Source: Eledone cirrhosa
Lineage: Eukaryota
Direction of reading: 5' to 3'
DNA length: 64,000 bases
NCBI GenBank assembly: GCA_964016885.1
Contig: OZ024741.1
Location: 57,660,001-57,724,000, forward strand
In this document: positions 10,311-25,407 of the stretch, one piece after another
Numbering within the stretch: the stretch's first letter is position 1
Layout: every line of letters starts with the position of its first letter
Translations under genes and position numbers: made by a program
The notes under the pieces: generated by a model
The model's database searches: none
What the model was told of the DNA's origin: nothing
What the model saw: only the letters and a program-made list of their open reading frames with translations

Positions 10311-13300
10311 AAGGGGTGGGTCTGCTAGATTCATTGTGGGTAAAAAACGGTGCTATAAGTTTTTCTGGGTGGGAAATGACAATGGGCTGGGTGGAGTAGG
10401 AATCATGTTAGCAGAAAAATGGGTAGATAAGATAATAGACGTAAATAGAGTGAACGACAGAATAATTAAAATAAGACATGTCCTAAATAGAACTACTGTG
10501 ACAGTAATATCTGCGTACGCACCCCAATCCGGACTGCCTGGCGTTATAAAAGACAGATTCTATGAGACATTGATGCTCACGACCTCCCAAATAACCGACA
10601 GTGACTACATAATTATTGCTGGCGACCTAAATGGTCACGTTGGACAACATTGTGATGGCTATGACGGAATCCATGGAGGCTATGGGTTTGGTACTAAAAA
10701 TGAGGAAGGCTCCAGAATCCTGGAATTCTGTGACGCAAATAACCTAACTGTCTGTAACACTAACTTCAAAAAACGAGACAATCACTTGATCACCTATAGA
10801 TCAGGGGAACACGCCAGTCAGATAGATTATATCCTTACCAGAAGACGTGATAGAGTGTCTGTTGTAAACACTAAATCCCCCCCCCCCCCATGAAGAATGT
10901 ACCTCCCAACATAGACTCATAGTCAGCGACCTCGTAGTCAGGACAAGACGTACTCGACAACAGAGGAGGACTATCCCCAGGAGAAAAATATGGAAGCTAA
11001 AGGACCCCCACAGCCAGTAATAAATTTAAAAGCATATTACTTGATGCTTTTGACAGTAAGGAAGAGCAATTAGAGTCGTACATATAGAGGAACAGTGGGA
11101 ATTCCTGAAAGCTAACCTGCTGAAAGCGGCAGATGATGTCTATGGCTGGAGCAGACCTATAGGCAGGAGGAGAGTAACGTGGTGGTGGAACAGTAAGGTG
11201 GAGGAGTCAATTAAGGCCAAAAAGCAGGCTTGGAAAGTATGGCGGGATGGGGGAAGTAGAGAAGACTATCAAGTGGCCAGGCGGGAAGCTAGGAGACAAG
11301 TGTACTTCGCAAGAAGGGAAGCAGAGAAAAGAAAGTTCAAGCATGTTCTACAAGCGACGACCAAAACCGTGAGGTGTTCAGGATTGCTAGGCAATGTGTC
11401 AAGGAAAACAGTGATATTGTCGGGGAGAAGTGTGTCCTTAATGATGATGGTGTACTTGCCATCACTGACACTGATAAGAAGGTAGCTTGGAAGTGTCACT
11501 ACGAAAGGCCACTAAATGAGGAGAATAATTGGGAGAAAGACAGTCTCCCCCACATCGATCCAATAGAGGGACCAGCAGTGCTAGTTGAAGGTAGTATAAT
11601 AAGTAAGGCAATCAAAGATATGAAGACGGGTAAGGCGGCTGGGCCTTCGGAAATAGTTGCTGAAATGCTGAAAGCATCTGGAACGGTGGGACACACTATG
11701 GTCAGTACCTAGCTAAAAGTAAACCCCTATACTTAGCTTTTGTTGACTTGGAGAAAGCCGTTGACAGAGTCCCCCACTCCATTATCTGGTGGGCTCTTAT
11801 AAAACTAGGTGTTGATGAATGGCGTGTGAGAGCTATACAAGCCATGTATAAAGAAACAGTCAGCAAGGTTAGAATTAACAACGAATATAGTGAAGAGTTT
11901 AGCGTAAAAGTTGGTGTTCATCAGGGCTCCATCCTTATCCCCCTCCTATTTATTATTGCCCATCAGGCTATAACAGAGGAGTTCAAGACCGGCTGCCCAT
12001 GGGAACTCCTATACGCAGATGATCTAACGCTCATAGCTGAATCAATGGCCGAACTAGAGAAGAAATTCCAAATAAGGAAGCATGGCCTAGAATCAAAAGG
12101 CCTTAAAATTAACCTGGCTAAGACTAAAGTTCTAGTTTGTAGGAAGGAAAATAGGGCACCAGTACCATCTGGGAAATGGCCATATTCAGTGTGTACGAAA
12201 GGAGTAGGCAGAAACTCCATTTTATGTCCCAAATGCAAAGTATGGGTGCATAAAAGATGTAGTGGGATCACAGGTAAGCTAACTAAGAATATAGATTTTA
12301 TATGTGGCCGGTGCTCTGGAGCAATAAGTAGCAGCAAGTGCCCAAAGGATACTAGCTCATTCCATTGCACAGATGGTTCTATAGAAATAGTGGACACCGT
12401 CCGTTACCTGGGTGACAAAATTAGCAGTGGTAGAGGGTGCTCTGAAAGTACAGTAGCTAAAGGGTTCTCTCTAAAAATGAAAGGCAGGCTGTATGATGCC
12501 TGCATACGAACAGCAATGTTGCATGGCAGTGAGACCTGGGCATTGTGTGCAGAGGATTTACGCAGACTGGAGAGGAACGAAGCTTGCATGCTCCGCTGGA
12601 TGTGTAATAGTAATATACGTGAATGGCAAAGCATAAACGAACTAAGGGAGAAATTAGGAATAAGAGGGATCAGATGCTGTTTACTCGAGAGAAGACTACG
12701 TTGGTACGGTCACGTGATGCGCATGAAAGACGACAGCTGTATAAAAAAGTGCAGGGTGATAAAAATAGACGGTAGCCACGGAGTAGGCAGACCCAGAAAA
12801 AACCTGGGACGACTTGATAAATTCCGACCTCACACACTTACACCTCTCCAAGACAATGTCAATGGACCGAGATCTTTGGCGCTACACAGTAATACAGAAG
12901 ACCCGCCTTACCTAAGTACAAAGCGAAACCTACAGTCAGTAGGCACCTCTAACAAAAATACACCCTGGCTCCACTACCCCCACCCCATCCACACCACCCC
13001 TTCCAATGTAAAGTTATGTTGGTACCACAAAATCCAGTCCGAAACAAATGAGATCGTGTAGGTGTCACGACAAAAAAAAACACACACAGTCCACGCTGTA
13101 TTGTGGCCGTGTAGGTAACACGGTAAAAACCTCCCAGTCCATACTGTAAACGTGGTTGGTGTTAGGAAGGGCATCCAGCCGTAGAAAACCCGCCAGACAG
13201 TCCTATACGAGCAAGACAACCAATCTTGCCTCAAGTGGGAAAATTTCCGTCCAAACCCATGCTAGCGTGGAAGATGGACGTTAAGCGATGATGATGATGA

Positions 13301-13311
13301 TGATGATGATG
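10311..13311 (+). mobile_element. Degraded RTE-clade LINE (APE + RT pseudogene, internal deletion near 11705) with extended 3' UTR and (GAT)n tail
   Basis: Fragmented ORFs 10267-10893 (GDLNGHVG, SQIDY), 11198-11712 and 11748-13061 (YADD), homologous to the intact RTE at 52574. Confidence 0.92.
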
Positions 13312-13363
13312 TATATATATATATACACATATGTATATATATATATAGATATATATACATATG

Positions 13364-13427
<64 letters not shown>

Positions 13428-13430
<3 letters not shown>

Positions 13431-15167
13431 CGCAACTAATCAGAGAGCAAATTGATCTAGACGAAATGCAGTTTGGGTTTGTGTCAGGTAAAAGTACCAC
13501 AGACGCCCTATTCCTTGTACGACAACTACAGGAGAAGTACCTAGCTAAAAGTAAACCCCTATACTTAGCTTTTGTTGACTTGGAGAAAGTATTTGACAGA
13601 GTCCCTCGCGCCATTATCTGGTGGGCCCTTAGAAAACTAAGGGTTGAAGAATGGCTTGTGAGAGCTATACAAGCCATGTATAAAGAAACAGTCAGCAAGG
13701 TTAGAATTAACAATGAATATAGTGAAGAAGTTAGCGTAAAAGTTGGTGTTCATCAGGGCTCTGTCCTTAGCCTCCTCCTATTTATTATGGCCCTTCTGGC
13801 TATAATAGAGAAGTTCCAGACTGGGTGCCCATGGGAACTTCTCTATGCAGATGATCTAACGCTCATAGCTGAATCGATGGCTGAACTAGAGAAGAAATTC
13901 CAAACATGGAAGCATGGCCTAGAATCAAAAGGCCTTAAAGTTAACTTGTCTAAGACTAAAGTTCTAGTATGTAGGAAGGAAAATAGGGCACAGGTCCCCT
14001 CTGGGAAATGGCCATGCGCAGTGTGTAGGAACGGAGTAGGCAGAAAATTCATTTTATGTCTCAAATGCAAAGTATGGGTACATAAAAGATGTAGTGGGAT
14101 CACAGGTAAGCTATCTAAGAACATAGATTTTATATGTGGCCGGTGCTCAGGTGCAATAAGTAGCATGTGCCCACAGGATACTAGCTCCTTCTATTTCCGA
14201 GATGGCTCTATAGAAATAGTGGACACCTTCCGTTACCTGGGTGACAAAATCAGCAGTGGTGGAGGGTGCTCAGAAAGTACAGTAGCCAGAGTCAGAACGG
14301 GATGGAAAAAGTTCAGAGAGCTTATACCACTATTGGCCGCTAAAGGTTTCTCTCTAAAAATGAAAGGCAGACTGTATGATGCCTGCAATATTACATGGCA
14401 GTGAGACATGGGCATTGTGTGCAGAGGATCTGCGCAGACTGGAGAGGAACAAAGCATGCATTCTCCGCTGGATGTGTAATAGTAATATACATGAACAGCA
14501 AAGCATAAATGAACTAAGTGAGAAATTAGGTATAAGAGGGATCAGATGCTATTTACTTGAGAGAAGACTACGTTGGTATGGTCACGTGATGCGCATGAAA
14601 GATGACAGCTGTATAAAAAAGTGCAGGGCGATCAAAATTGACAGAAGTTACGGAGTAGGCAGACCCAGAAAAACCTGGGACGATTTGATAAATTCCGACC
14701 TTACACACTTACACCTCTCCAAGACAATGTCACTGGACCGAGATCTTTGGCGCTACACAGTCATACAGACGACCCACCTTGCCTAAGTACAAAGCGAAAC
14801 CTACAGTCAGTAGGCACCCCCACCCCACTCCCCCAACTCCCCCACCCCATCAACACCACCCCTTTCTCTGTAAAGTTGTGTTGGTACCACAACATCCAGT
14901 CCTAAATAAATGAGGTCATGTAGGTGTCACGACAAAAAAAGCACACAGTCCACGGTGTAATGTGGCCGTGTAGGCAACACGGTAAAAATCTCCCAGTCCA
15001 CACTGTAAACTTGGTTGGTGTTAGGAAGGGCATCCAGCCGTAGAAAACCTACCAGACAGTCCTATACGAGCGAGACGACCAATCTTGCCTCAAGTGGGAC
15101 AATTCCCGTCTAAACTCATGCAAGCGTGGAAGATAGACATTAAACGATGATGATGATGATGATGATG

Positions 15168-15169
<2 letters not shown>
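13428..15169 (+). mobile_element. 5'-truncated RTE LINE, same family as 10311-13311
   Basis: RT motifs DLEKVFDRV, HQGSVLS, YADD; frameshift near 14390; same 3' UTR and (GAT)n tail. Confidence 0.92.
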
Positions 15170-15264
<95 letters not shown>

Positions 15265-15266
<2 letters not shown>

Positions 15267-15520
15267 GTTTCTGAATTTATTTAGCAAGATTCTTTATCTG
15301 AAAACGTGTGTTGAAGCCAATATTGTTATGCTTTGGGAGGGTCATGTTGCCAATAAGAACTTTGACAATATATGAACAATCGTCTAGTTGTGGAACCAAC
15401 CAACCAACCGGAAATTTATAAATTCTGAAATTTATAAATTTAATTATAATAAATTGGAGTGAAAGCATCTGGTGCGTGTGTTTCCTATTGGCAACATGAC
15501 CCTCCCAAAGCATAACAATA
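15265..15520. mobile_element. Short PLE-like terminal fragment with inverted duplication; sister copy at 41268-41826
   Basis: tattgttatgctttgggagggtcatgttgccaata (15321-15355) is inverted at 15486-15520. 15356-15520 is the reverse complement of ~41325-41488. PLE identity is inferred from architecture only. Confidence 0.55.
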
Positions 15521-15601
15521 TATATATATATATATATTTATTAAAATAACAGATTAAAGTTTAAGCAAAGAATATGTATGTATATATATATATATATATA
15601 C

Positions 15602-15667
<66 letters not shown>

Positions 15668-15885
15668 ATGCATATATATATATATATAATATAGGAGGTG
15701 AGTTTTTATCCTTCCTTCTTATACTCCCCCCCACCATTCTTTACTCTCATCTCCTCCTCTTCCTTACCTTTCCCCCCCCCCTCACTTTTTCCCAATCTCA
15801 TACATCAATCTTAAATTATTTTTCATATGTTGATTTAAAACTTCACTATTCACAAGTGTTTTTTAAGCTTCATATCATGTATCCC

Positions 15886-15956
15886 TATTTTATCTGATGA
15901 GAACGCAGATATCATCCCATGATGATATTTGTTTTTGAAATGCGCATAATAAAATA
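15886..15956 (+). ncRNA. Type I minimal hammerhead ribozyme
   Basis: Stem I tattttat/ataaaata (8 bp), CTGATGA (15894-15900), long stem II (gatatcatc/gatgatatt), GAAA (15937-15940), palindromic atgcgcat, AUA site. Confidence 0.85.
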
Positions 15957-16410
15957 CTTGAAACTCTTTTAACCATCTTTTGATCTTATATTATATATAT
16001 ATATATATACGTCTCTCATATTATTGTTCTGCAACCCCATGCATTGAACCACAAAGTTACTAAGACAAAACCTATATAGTTGCTAGCATTGATATGCATC
16101 TGTATGTATATATATGTTACTAGATATATTAATTCTTTATAATTATCTCCAAATTATTTGTCGAGCAATATTGGCCAAGACTGCTGCTATGGTAGCAGGC
16201 AGGCCGCTGTCTTCTTAACAAACTACTTTCCACTGATTAACCTCGATGTCACGTGATTGATTCTTTTTGAATTTGCCACTGACGCAGTAGGCAGTGATTT
16301 TCTCAATGGCTAGGAATTCAGTCCACGCTTTGCTATTTTCTATCCACTGAATTATTTTTGTATAAGTTTTCCAGAGTCCACGCTTTGCCTGGAAACTTAG
16401 CTGAGAATAG

Positions 16411-16492
16411 ACTTCCCTGACGACGAAATGATTCTCTATATCTTCTTCGGAAAATATATTTATTCTATTTCAGAAACTAATTAGTTGGGAGT
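16411..16492 (+). ncRNA. Type I hammerhead ribozyme
   Basis: Stem I acttcc/gggagt, CTGACGA (16417-16423), stem II gaaat/atttc closed by a C-A mismatch, GAAA (16473-16476), palindromic actaattagt, GUU site. Confidence 0.7.
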
Positions 16493-16537
16493 GAAATTTT
16501 AGTAAGTAAGTTAATTTTATAATTTTCTTATTTTACG

Positions 16538-16598
<61 letters not shown>

Positions 16599-16601
<3 letters not shown>

Positions 16602-19600
16602 TATATATAAAGTAAAGTTGGGCGTTGTTTGTTTGTTTGGTGTCCCGAACTTGCAGGCTACACCGTTCATCCGATTTTCATGAAACTTGACACATATATA
16701 AAACTCGACCCGTAGATTGGAATAGGGTACTGGAAATTTTCGATAATCAGGCTCCCAGAAGCCAAAAATCAATATTTTCAAAAATCGTCCGATTTCGATG
16801 AAACTCGACGCAAGTGTGTATTTTGATCCGGGGATGAATGTGGGCTACACATCGAAAAACCGATAATCGGATCACCAGAGGCAAAAATCGATATTTACGA
16901 AATTTGTCCGATTCCAATGAAATTTGACGTAGGTATGTATTTTGATGCGGGGATCAACGTGGGGGTACTTGAATAATCGAACCCCCAGAGGCAAAAATCC
17001 GGCAACCGAAAAACGCCATTCTTCTTGCTTCCATTTGTCGCGACTCCCGCCATGCAAAAAAGTTCAATCTATCAGGATTATCCACCGTAAGTCTCTTTAA
17101 ATTAACGCTCACCATATTCAGCAAACCTTTTATGCCGATTCTTCCATTTCTTATATAAGGACTATCAAGACTATACCGCCGTGCATCATCCTGTATTGCG
17201 CCCAGTCTTCTCAAGCGATCATCGAGCCTCCATGCGATCTCTTCATTCCCGTGGTCCCACTACCGTAGCATAATGAGGCATCCGTCAACCCCTTCCCTCT
17301 CCCTTCCCTGCACGCCGTCGACCCACTGCATCGTTGTGCATCACCATGCACATCTCTGCCTTGTCAACCGCAATTCATTCCCTGCCCTTTCCATTGCCTT
17401 CCCTCCGTGGTCCCTAAGGACTGCCACGGCTCAACATGCCGAATCCCTGCCACCGCTCACCCCTGCCCATTTCTATTGCCTACACTCCGGGGGAGCTCAA
17501 GACTTCCATGCCTGACCAAGCCGCATCCCTGCCATCGTCAACCCCTGCTCTCTCCTTTCCCTGCACGCCATCGTCCCACTGCATCGTCATGCCGCATTAC
17601 TGCCCTGTCGGCCACCATCCCCTCCTCAGCCCTTTCTTTTGCCTGCCCGCCATGCTCCTCCAAGACTGCCAAGCCGCATCCCTGCCACTATCAAGTCCTG
17701 CCCTCTCCCTTCCCTGCACGCCGTCGTCCCACTGCATCGTCATGCCTCACCATGCCGCATCCATGCTCTGTCAGCCGCCATGCCCCCCCCCGCCTTCTCC
17801 CTTACCCGCACGCCTTGGTCCTTCACGAGTGCCATGGCTCACCATGCGGAATCCCTGCAACCGTCAATCCCGGCCATCTCCCTTCCCCGCACGCCGTCGA
17901 CCCACTGCATCGTTATACCTCACCATGCCGCATCCATCATCTGTCATCCGCCATCCCCTCCTCAGCCTTTTATTTTGCCTGCCCGCAGTGCTCCTTCAAG
18001 ACCGCCATGCCTAACCAAGCCGCATCCCTGCCACCGTCAACCCCTGCCCACTCCCTTGCCCGCACGCCTTGGTCCCTCACGACTGCCATGGCTCACCATG
18101 CGGCATTCCTGCCCTGTCAGCAACTTGCTCAAATGTCATCAGCATGGTTTATTCCTGCGCCGCACATAACCGCCCATTATGTCAGACCAAAGACAGCACC
18201 GAACATGAAGACGATCCTGTGTAAGTCTTTTTACATTCATTTTGACTATATTTAACAAAATTAAACAAAAATTCATCCCTTTCTCCTCCAAAGCCTACCG
18301 ATCATGTATGGCTGATAAACATCCTGCCTTGCACCCGGTTTTCTGAAACAATCATCGTGCCTCCCGGTGCTCTCTACATTCCCGAGGTGCAACTCAATTG
18401 GCATGCCGCATCCACGCCCTGTCAGTCACCCTGCTCTTTCGTCATGCCTCATCATGTTGCATCCCTGCCCTGTCAGCCGCCATCCACTCCCCGACCCTTT
18501 CCACTGCCTAGGCGTGGCAGTCTTGAGGGACCAGTTTTTCAGCACTGTTACTCCGATAGGAATATCAATGTGATTTTCACTTAATTCGTAAGTGTTCAGT
18601 CTTCCGTATGCTTTTATTTTTTATTGATACAACACCGACTACAATCATCTAACTTCACTTTGTAGGCTAGACGCGAATCACAAGGAAAACAATCCTCTGA
18701 TATACAACCACACCAAATTCTTTAGTCTACCTAGATTTCAGTGGCTATATCCTTTGCTTTTGTACGGTTGTACATTTGACAATATCGCAAAACATTATTC
18801 CACTTGATTCTTACCTTTCAGCTATGAATTGGGCAGTGCCTTAAAATCCCGGTTTATTTGCGTGCAATGTTTTGGTATCTTATGAATGGAGAATCGAAAA
18901 CCCTTTTTCTCATAACCTGATACATGCGTTACACATGCTCCATGAATGATTGTGGACTATTTTTTCAAAATACCAATATCACAGATTGGAGCACAAAAAG
19001 AAACGTTTGTTCTTCATTTATTTCGGTTAAAGCATCCTGCTGGAATTTAGCGCAGACCCGTTTAAATCCAACGCCTTATAACCCCGAGTGACAAATGGAA
19101 ATGGAAATGGAAATGGAAATAACCCCGGGTGACAAATGGAAACATTGTTTCCTCGGTCCGATTTGACGAAAGTCGATTTAGTTCCACAACAAATTAACAA
19201 ACCATACTTGAAGACACGTTGAGGCTGTTGCAAAGGGCAATAACCCTAGACACAATTTTGATCAACTTTTTTTTATCTATAGCAAATTTACCGGGACAGG
19301 TTTTTAGCTATTCAAATCTACTTCTGAGGTCACGCATTCATGTAAAAAATCAATAAAACTGAAGTGGGGGTTCGACTTTGCGCAAAAAACAAGGCAAAGT
19401 TGCACATGGGAAAACTTTTTACAGGAACGTCCGATTTTCTTGAAAACTGTCGTAAAAGACTCACCATTATGCCGCGGTTCAGATAAAGTCCCTTTTATTT
19501 CTTCTTCTGCACATGTGAGCGCGAAAATTGAAAAAAAAAAAAGCTGAAAAAATCGACTTTTTCACCCTGCTTTAAAAATCAACTGAAAATTCAATTTCAG

Positions 19601-19831
19601 GTGAATTTGACTTCCGTCAGTCGTGCAAAGAACAATTTCAACGATACACTGTGAACCTACAATTGATCCATTATTTATGCTCAATTACACACCTGCGTCT
19701 ACTAGCCTCTGTTTTTTTCCTTGAGGTTCGAAGGTTTTTACACCTGTGATACGCGGGAAGTAACTTTCACACATTTTAACAACAGAGCAAAGGTCGACTT
19801 ACACCCGGGCAACGCCGGGTACTTCTGCTAG
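16599..19831 (+). mobile_element. Non-autonomous Helitron
   Basis: 5' TC(ttatatataaag) follows an A; 3' CTAG (19828-19831) precedes a T; subterminal hairpin acccgg-gcaacg-ccgggt (19803-19820); inserted in (TA)n. No Rep/helicase ORF. Contains three ~120-bp subrepeats (16670-17000) and a C-rich degenerate tandem block. Confidence 0.8.
17245..18520. repeat. C-rich degenerate tandem repeat inside the Helitron
   Basis: Recurrent cccttccctgcacgccgtcg, cccactgcatcgt, gccgcatccctgcc and gactgccatggctcacc motifs. Confidence 0.75.
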
Positions 19832-19854
19832 TATATATATATATATATGTATGC

Positions 19855-19885
<31 letters not shown>

Positions 19886-20002
19886 TATATATATACGTAA
19901 CACATATTTGTATACATATACACATTTATCTTTTGGAGAAGGCTATTATCTTACATAACACAGTATCTAAGCTATGCAATCATCATTATATCATTCATTT
20001 CC

Positions 20003-20122
20003 ATTCTGAGTTCAAATCCCACCGAGGTTAACTTTGCCGTTCATCCTTACGGGGTCGATAAAATAAAGTACCAGTAATACACTGGGTATTTGCTGGCCTT
20101 GTGCCAAAAGTAGAAACAATTA
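20003..20122 (+). mobile_element. Partial tRNA-derived SINE (family of 48612 and 63079)
   Basis: B-box gagttcaaatcc followed by ttcatccttacggggtcgataaaataaagtaccagt. Confidence 0.75.
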
Positions 20123-20502
20123 TATCATTCATTTTATTTTATTTCTGTTGGCCTTTCTATTTAGATTTATATTGTTGATTATGATATGGTTCTATATTAT
20201 TACAATATATTATTACAAAGGGAAATAGAATGAAAGTACTTTAGAGGCTATGTTCATGCGTGCTGGATATAAATGGATAAAAAGAAAAGCAGAACAAAAA
20301 GACAGAACAATCACAGTAGTTTGCATATTTACTTATATTTCAATATTTTAGCATAAAACCTCTTATCAGAGAAACAAAAAACAAACAAAGACAAAGCATG
20401 AAGCTAGCAACTTACATCTTTGTGAATTTCTTACACACATTTACAGTATATTCTTATTTCTATTATATATATATATATATATATATCATCATCATCATCA
20501 TC

Positions 20503-20613
<111 letters not shown>

Positions 20614-20722
20614 TATATATATTATATATATGTAGGTAAAAGAGTAAAAGAGAATATATATATATATCTGTACATATATTTATATATATATATATATGTG
20701 TGTATATATTCATACATATATT

Positions 20723-20771
<49 letters not shown>

Positions 20772-20841
20772 CTGTATATGTATATATATATATATACACA
20801 CACACATGTATATATAAATATATATGTATATATATATACAT

Positions 20842-20977
<136 letters not shown>

Positions 20978-21035
20978 TATATATGTACATATATTTATAT
21001 ATATATATATGTGTGTATATATTCATATATATATT

Positions 21036-21074
<39 letters not shown>

Positions 21075-21154
21075 GTATATGTATATATATATATATATAT
21101 ACACACACATGTAAATATAAATATATATGTATATATATATATACATACACACAC

Positions 21155-21202
<48 letters not shown>

Positions 21203-21284
21203 GTTATTCCGGGTTGAATCGGAGGTAACCACAGTAAGTAAGGTACTCAATACATAGCAGAGTATAATAGTTTTAATATAGATG

Positions 21285-21335
21285 AGATTCTACAGGACTA
21301 GAACTGTTTCATTCATTAGAAATCATCAGGAATCT
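21285..21335 (-). ncRNA. Type I hammerhead at the left tip of the palindrome
   Basis: Exact reverse complement of 27910-27960. Confidence 0.8.
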
Positions 21336-22068
21336 GGGTATCAAAAAATAAATATGGTATTTATAGGTCTCTACAAGTGGTAGGAGAGGGTGGGGAGTGG
21401 GATGGGTGCAGGTCATTGGTTGATAGAGAAGGGAATTCATTAAAGGCTAATTCTACATAGCTATAGTTAATTTATATTTATTTATGTTTTTAGAGTAACA
21501 AAGGCAGACAGAAATCTATAAACAAGTTCCGGATGGCATACCAATCCTTGTCAATAAGTTTCTCTTAAGCTAGCAGATGTCTATAAAATCAGTAGGGGGT
21601 CATTCATGCTCGATAGAATTAAAGAAAAGGGAGATTCTTTAAAAGCTAAAGTCATTAAGTTCTGCTAAGTGACAAAGGTCTAGGGAATTCTGCAGACAGA
21701 TTCAAAATACTGAGTGCATATCTTACTATTATCTTCGAACTTCTCCTAAACTAATCAACAATATGCCAAATCAACAGACACATTCACAAAAAAACAAAAA
21801 AAACCCCAAAAAACCAAAAAAACCGAAAAACAAAAAAAAAAAAAAAAAAACCACACCTAAAAAAAACCAAAAAAACACACATACTCACTCACACACTTAC
21901 GCGCAACCATAGACACACACATAAACACAAATACACACATAAAAACACACACACATATATAAAAAAAGTATATAAATATATACAAATATATATTCATGTA
22001 CACGCACATACATACACACATACATACATACATATATAAAATACATATACACATATACATACGCACAC

Positions 22069-22166
<98 letters not shown>

Positions 22167-22285
22167 TATATACATATACACATATACACATATATATATA
22201 TATATACACACATACACACACACACACACATACATACATATATATATACATATATATATATACACACATACATATATATACACAA

Positions 22286-22328
<43 letters not shown>

Positions 22329-22332
22329 TACA

Positions 22333-22368
<36 letters not shown>

Positions 22369-22505
22369 CACACACACACGGATACACACACACATACACA
22401 TACATACACACATACACACATATATATATACACAAGTAAATACACTCACACGCATACATACAAACACGAGTATACATATGTATAAATATCTATACACACA
22501 CACAT

Positions 22506-22556
<51 letters not shown>

Positions 22557-22665
22557 CATATACACACATACATACACACACACATACACATATATACACA
22601 TACACATATATATATACATATATATACATATATATACATACAAATATATATATATATACATACAC

Positions 22666-22700
<35 letters not shown>

Positions 22701-22956
22701 CACAAATACATACATACACACACACACACATACATACATATATATATATCTCTCTAAACACACACATACAAATACATATATATATATATATACATATATA
22801 TACACATGTATATATATATATATATATACACACATATATATATATATACACATATCCATACATACACAAACATACACATGCATACACAGACCTATACATA
22901 AATATACACATATATATACAGAGATATAACGCACAAATACACACACATATATACAT

Positions 22957-23010
<54 letters not shown>

Positions 23011-23026
23011 GCATACACACACACAT

Positions 23027-23078
<52 letters not shown>

Positions 23079-23148
23079 GCGTGCATACACACATACACAC
23101 ACCCACACACAAAATATATATACACACACACACATTCTCTCTCTCATG

Positions 23149-23230
<82 letters not shown>

Positions 23231-23279
23231 CATATACACAGACACATACAAATACATACATACACACACATACACATAC

Positions 23280-23310
<31 letters not shown>

Positions 23311-23475
23311 CATATATATACATATATATATATATACACGCATGCATATACACATACATATACATATACATACACATACGTACATACACACACACACATA
23401 TATGTACATATACACTCACAAATACACACGCAAACACACAAATATACATATACATACACACAAACACACACATAT

Positions 23476-23518
<43 letters not shown>

Positions 23519-23553
23519 CACACATATACACACATACACACGCACACGCACAC

Positions 23554-23598
<45 letters not shown>

Positions 23599-23611
23599 TA
23601 CACATACATAT

Positions 23612-23654
<43 letters not shown>

Positions 23655-23837
23655 CATATATACATATGTACATACATATATATATACACATATACATATA
23701 CACATACACATACATATACATATATACACATATATACACAGACAAATATATACACACACACACATATACAAACATACATATACATACACATACATACACA
23801 CACACATATACATACACATACAAATACATACATATAC

Positions 23838-23900
<63 letters not shown>

Positions 23901-24072
23901 TACAAATACATACATACACACACATACATACATACATATACATACATACACACACATACATACATACATACATACATAAATACAGACACATACAAACATA
24001 TACCTGCATAAATATACACACATAAAACACGTATTCACACAAACATATATATATATATACACATATATACAT

Positions 24073-24109
<37 letters not shown>

Positions 24110-24138
24110 CATATAAATATATATACATATATATATAT

Positions 24139-24171
<33 letters not shown>

Positions 24172-24617
24172 TACACATACATATATATATACACACACAA
24201 CACATACACATATACACATATACAGACAAATATATACACATACAAGTAAATAGGTACTCAATAAATATACGCATATACACAGGCACATAAAGACACCTCT
24301 ACAGGGAGAAAAAGTAGATACAAAAGAGGTACTCACATGACCATAGTGGCCGTATTTCAGGTTGAGGAGGGGTGGGGGTAGGGTGGGAAGGTGGTATAGG
24401 GGCCAATAGGGGGAGGTCGTTTTTAGCCATCGGGCTTTAACACTGGCTTAAAGTGTTTGAATGTTGCAAAGTTCTTGTGCATGCAGTTCGGGCAGTGTTC
24501 AGAGAGTTTGTTCAGTAGCGGGCCCTTGGCGAATAAAATTTCGTAACTCTCTGAGATACAAAGGTCGCAGCCCTTGTGTCCTCCGTCGTAAGAGCGCGCT
24601 TTCTGGAGTATTTTCCA

Positions 24618-24824
24618 ATTAAGCTTAATTGGAAAATACTCCAGAAAGCGCGCTCTTACGACGGAGGACACAAGGGCTGCGACCTTTGTATCTCAGAGAG
24701 TTACGAAATTTTATTCGCCAAGGGCCCGCTACTGAACAAACTCTCTGAACACTGCCCGAACTGCATGCACAAGAACTTTGCAACATTCAAACACTTTAAG
24801 CCAGTGTTAAAGCCCGATGGCTAA
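24618..24824 (+). pseudogene. C-terminal fragment of a PLE GIY-YIG endonuclease (Naiad-like); mirrored at 24423-24629 on minus
   Basis: IKLNWKILQKARSYDGGHKGCDLCISESYEILFAKGPLLNKLSEHCPNCMHK fits the W.I...A.SY....C.LC..E...I....LLN...E....C.H pattern of PLE C-termini. The first ~14 residues of the tracked ORF are just the mirror arm. The clade label is from memory. Confidence 0.7.
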
Positions 24825-25075
24825 AAACGACCTCCCCCTATTGGCCCTTATACCTCCTCCCCACCCTACCCCCACCCCTCCTCAACCTGAAATACGGCCA
24901 CTATGGTCATGTGAGTACCTCTTTTGTATCTACTTTTTCTCCCTGTAGAGGTGTCTTTATGTGCCTGTGTATATGCGTATATTTATTGAGTACCTATTTA
25001 CTTGTATGTGTATATATTTGTCTGTATATGTGTATATGTGTATGTGTTGTGTGTGTATATATATATGTATGTGTA

Positions 25076-25108
<33 letters not shown>

Positions 25109-25137
25109 ATATATATATATGTATATATATTTATATG

Positions 25138-25174
<37 letters not shown>

Positions 25175-25346
25175 ATGTATATATGTGTATATATATATAT
25201 ATGTTTGTGTGAATACGTGTTTTATGTGTGTATATTTATGCAGGTATATGTTTGTATGTGTCTGTATTTATGTATGTATGTATGTATGTATGTGTGTGTA
25301 TGTATGTATATGTATGTATGTATGTGTGTGTATGTATGTATTTGTA

Positions 25347-25407
<61 letters not shown>

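Noticed and set aside
17273-18255. Pro/Cys/His-rich ORFs as a host gene
   Set aside because: All three frames are open because of a C-rich tandem repeat inside the Helitron; no recognisable domain.
24423-24824. Two identical 82-aa ORFs on opposite strands as a gene pair
   Set aside because: An artefact of the palindrome; only the part after the centre is real PLE coding sequence.
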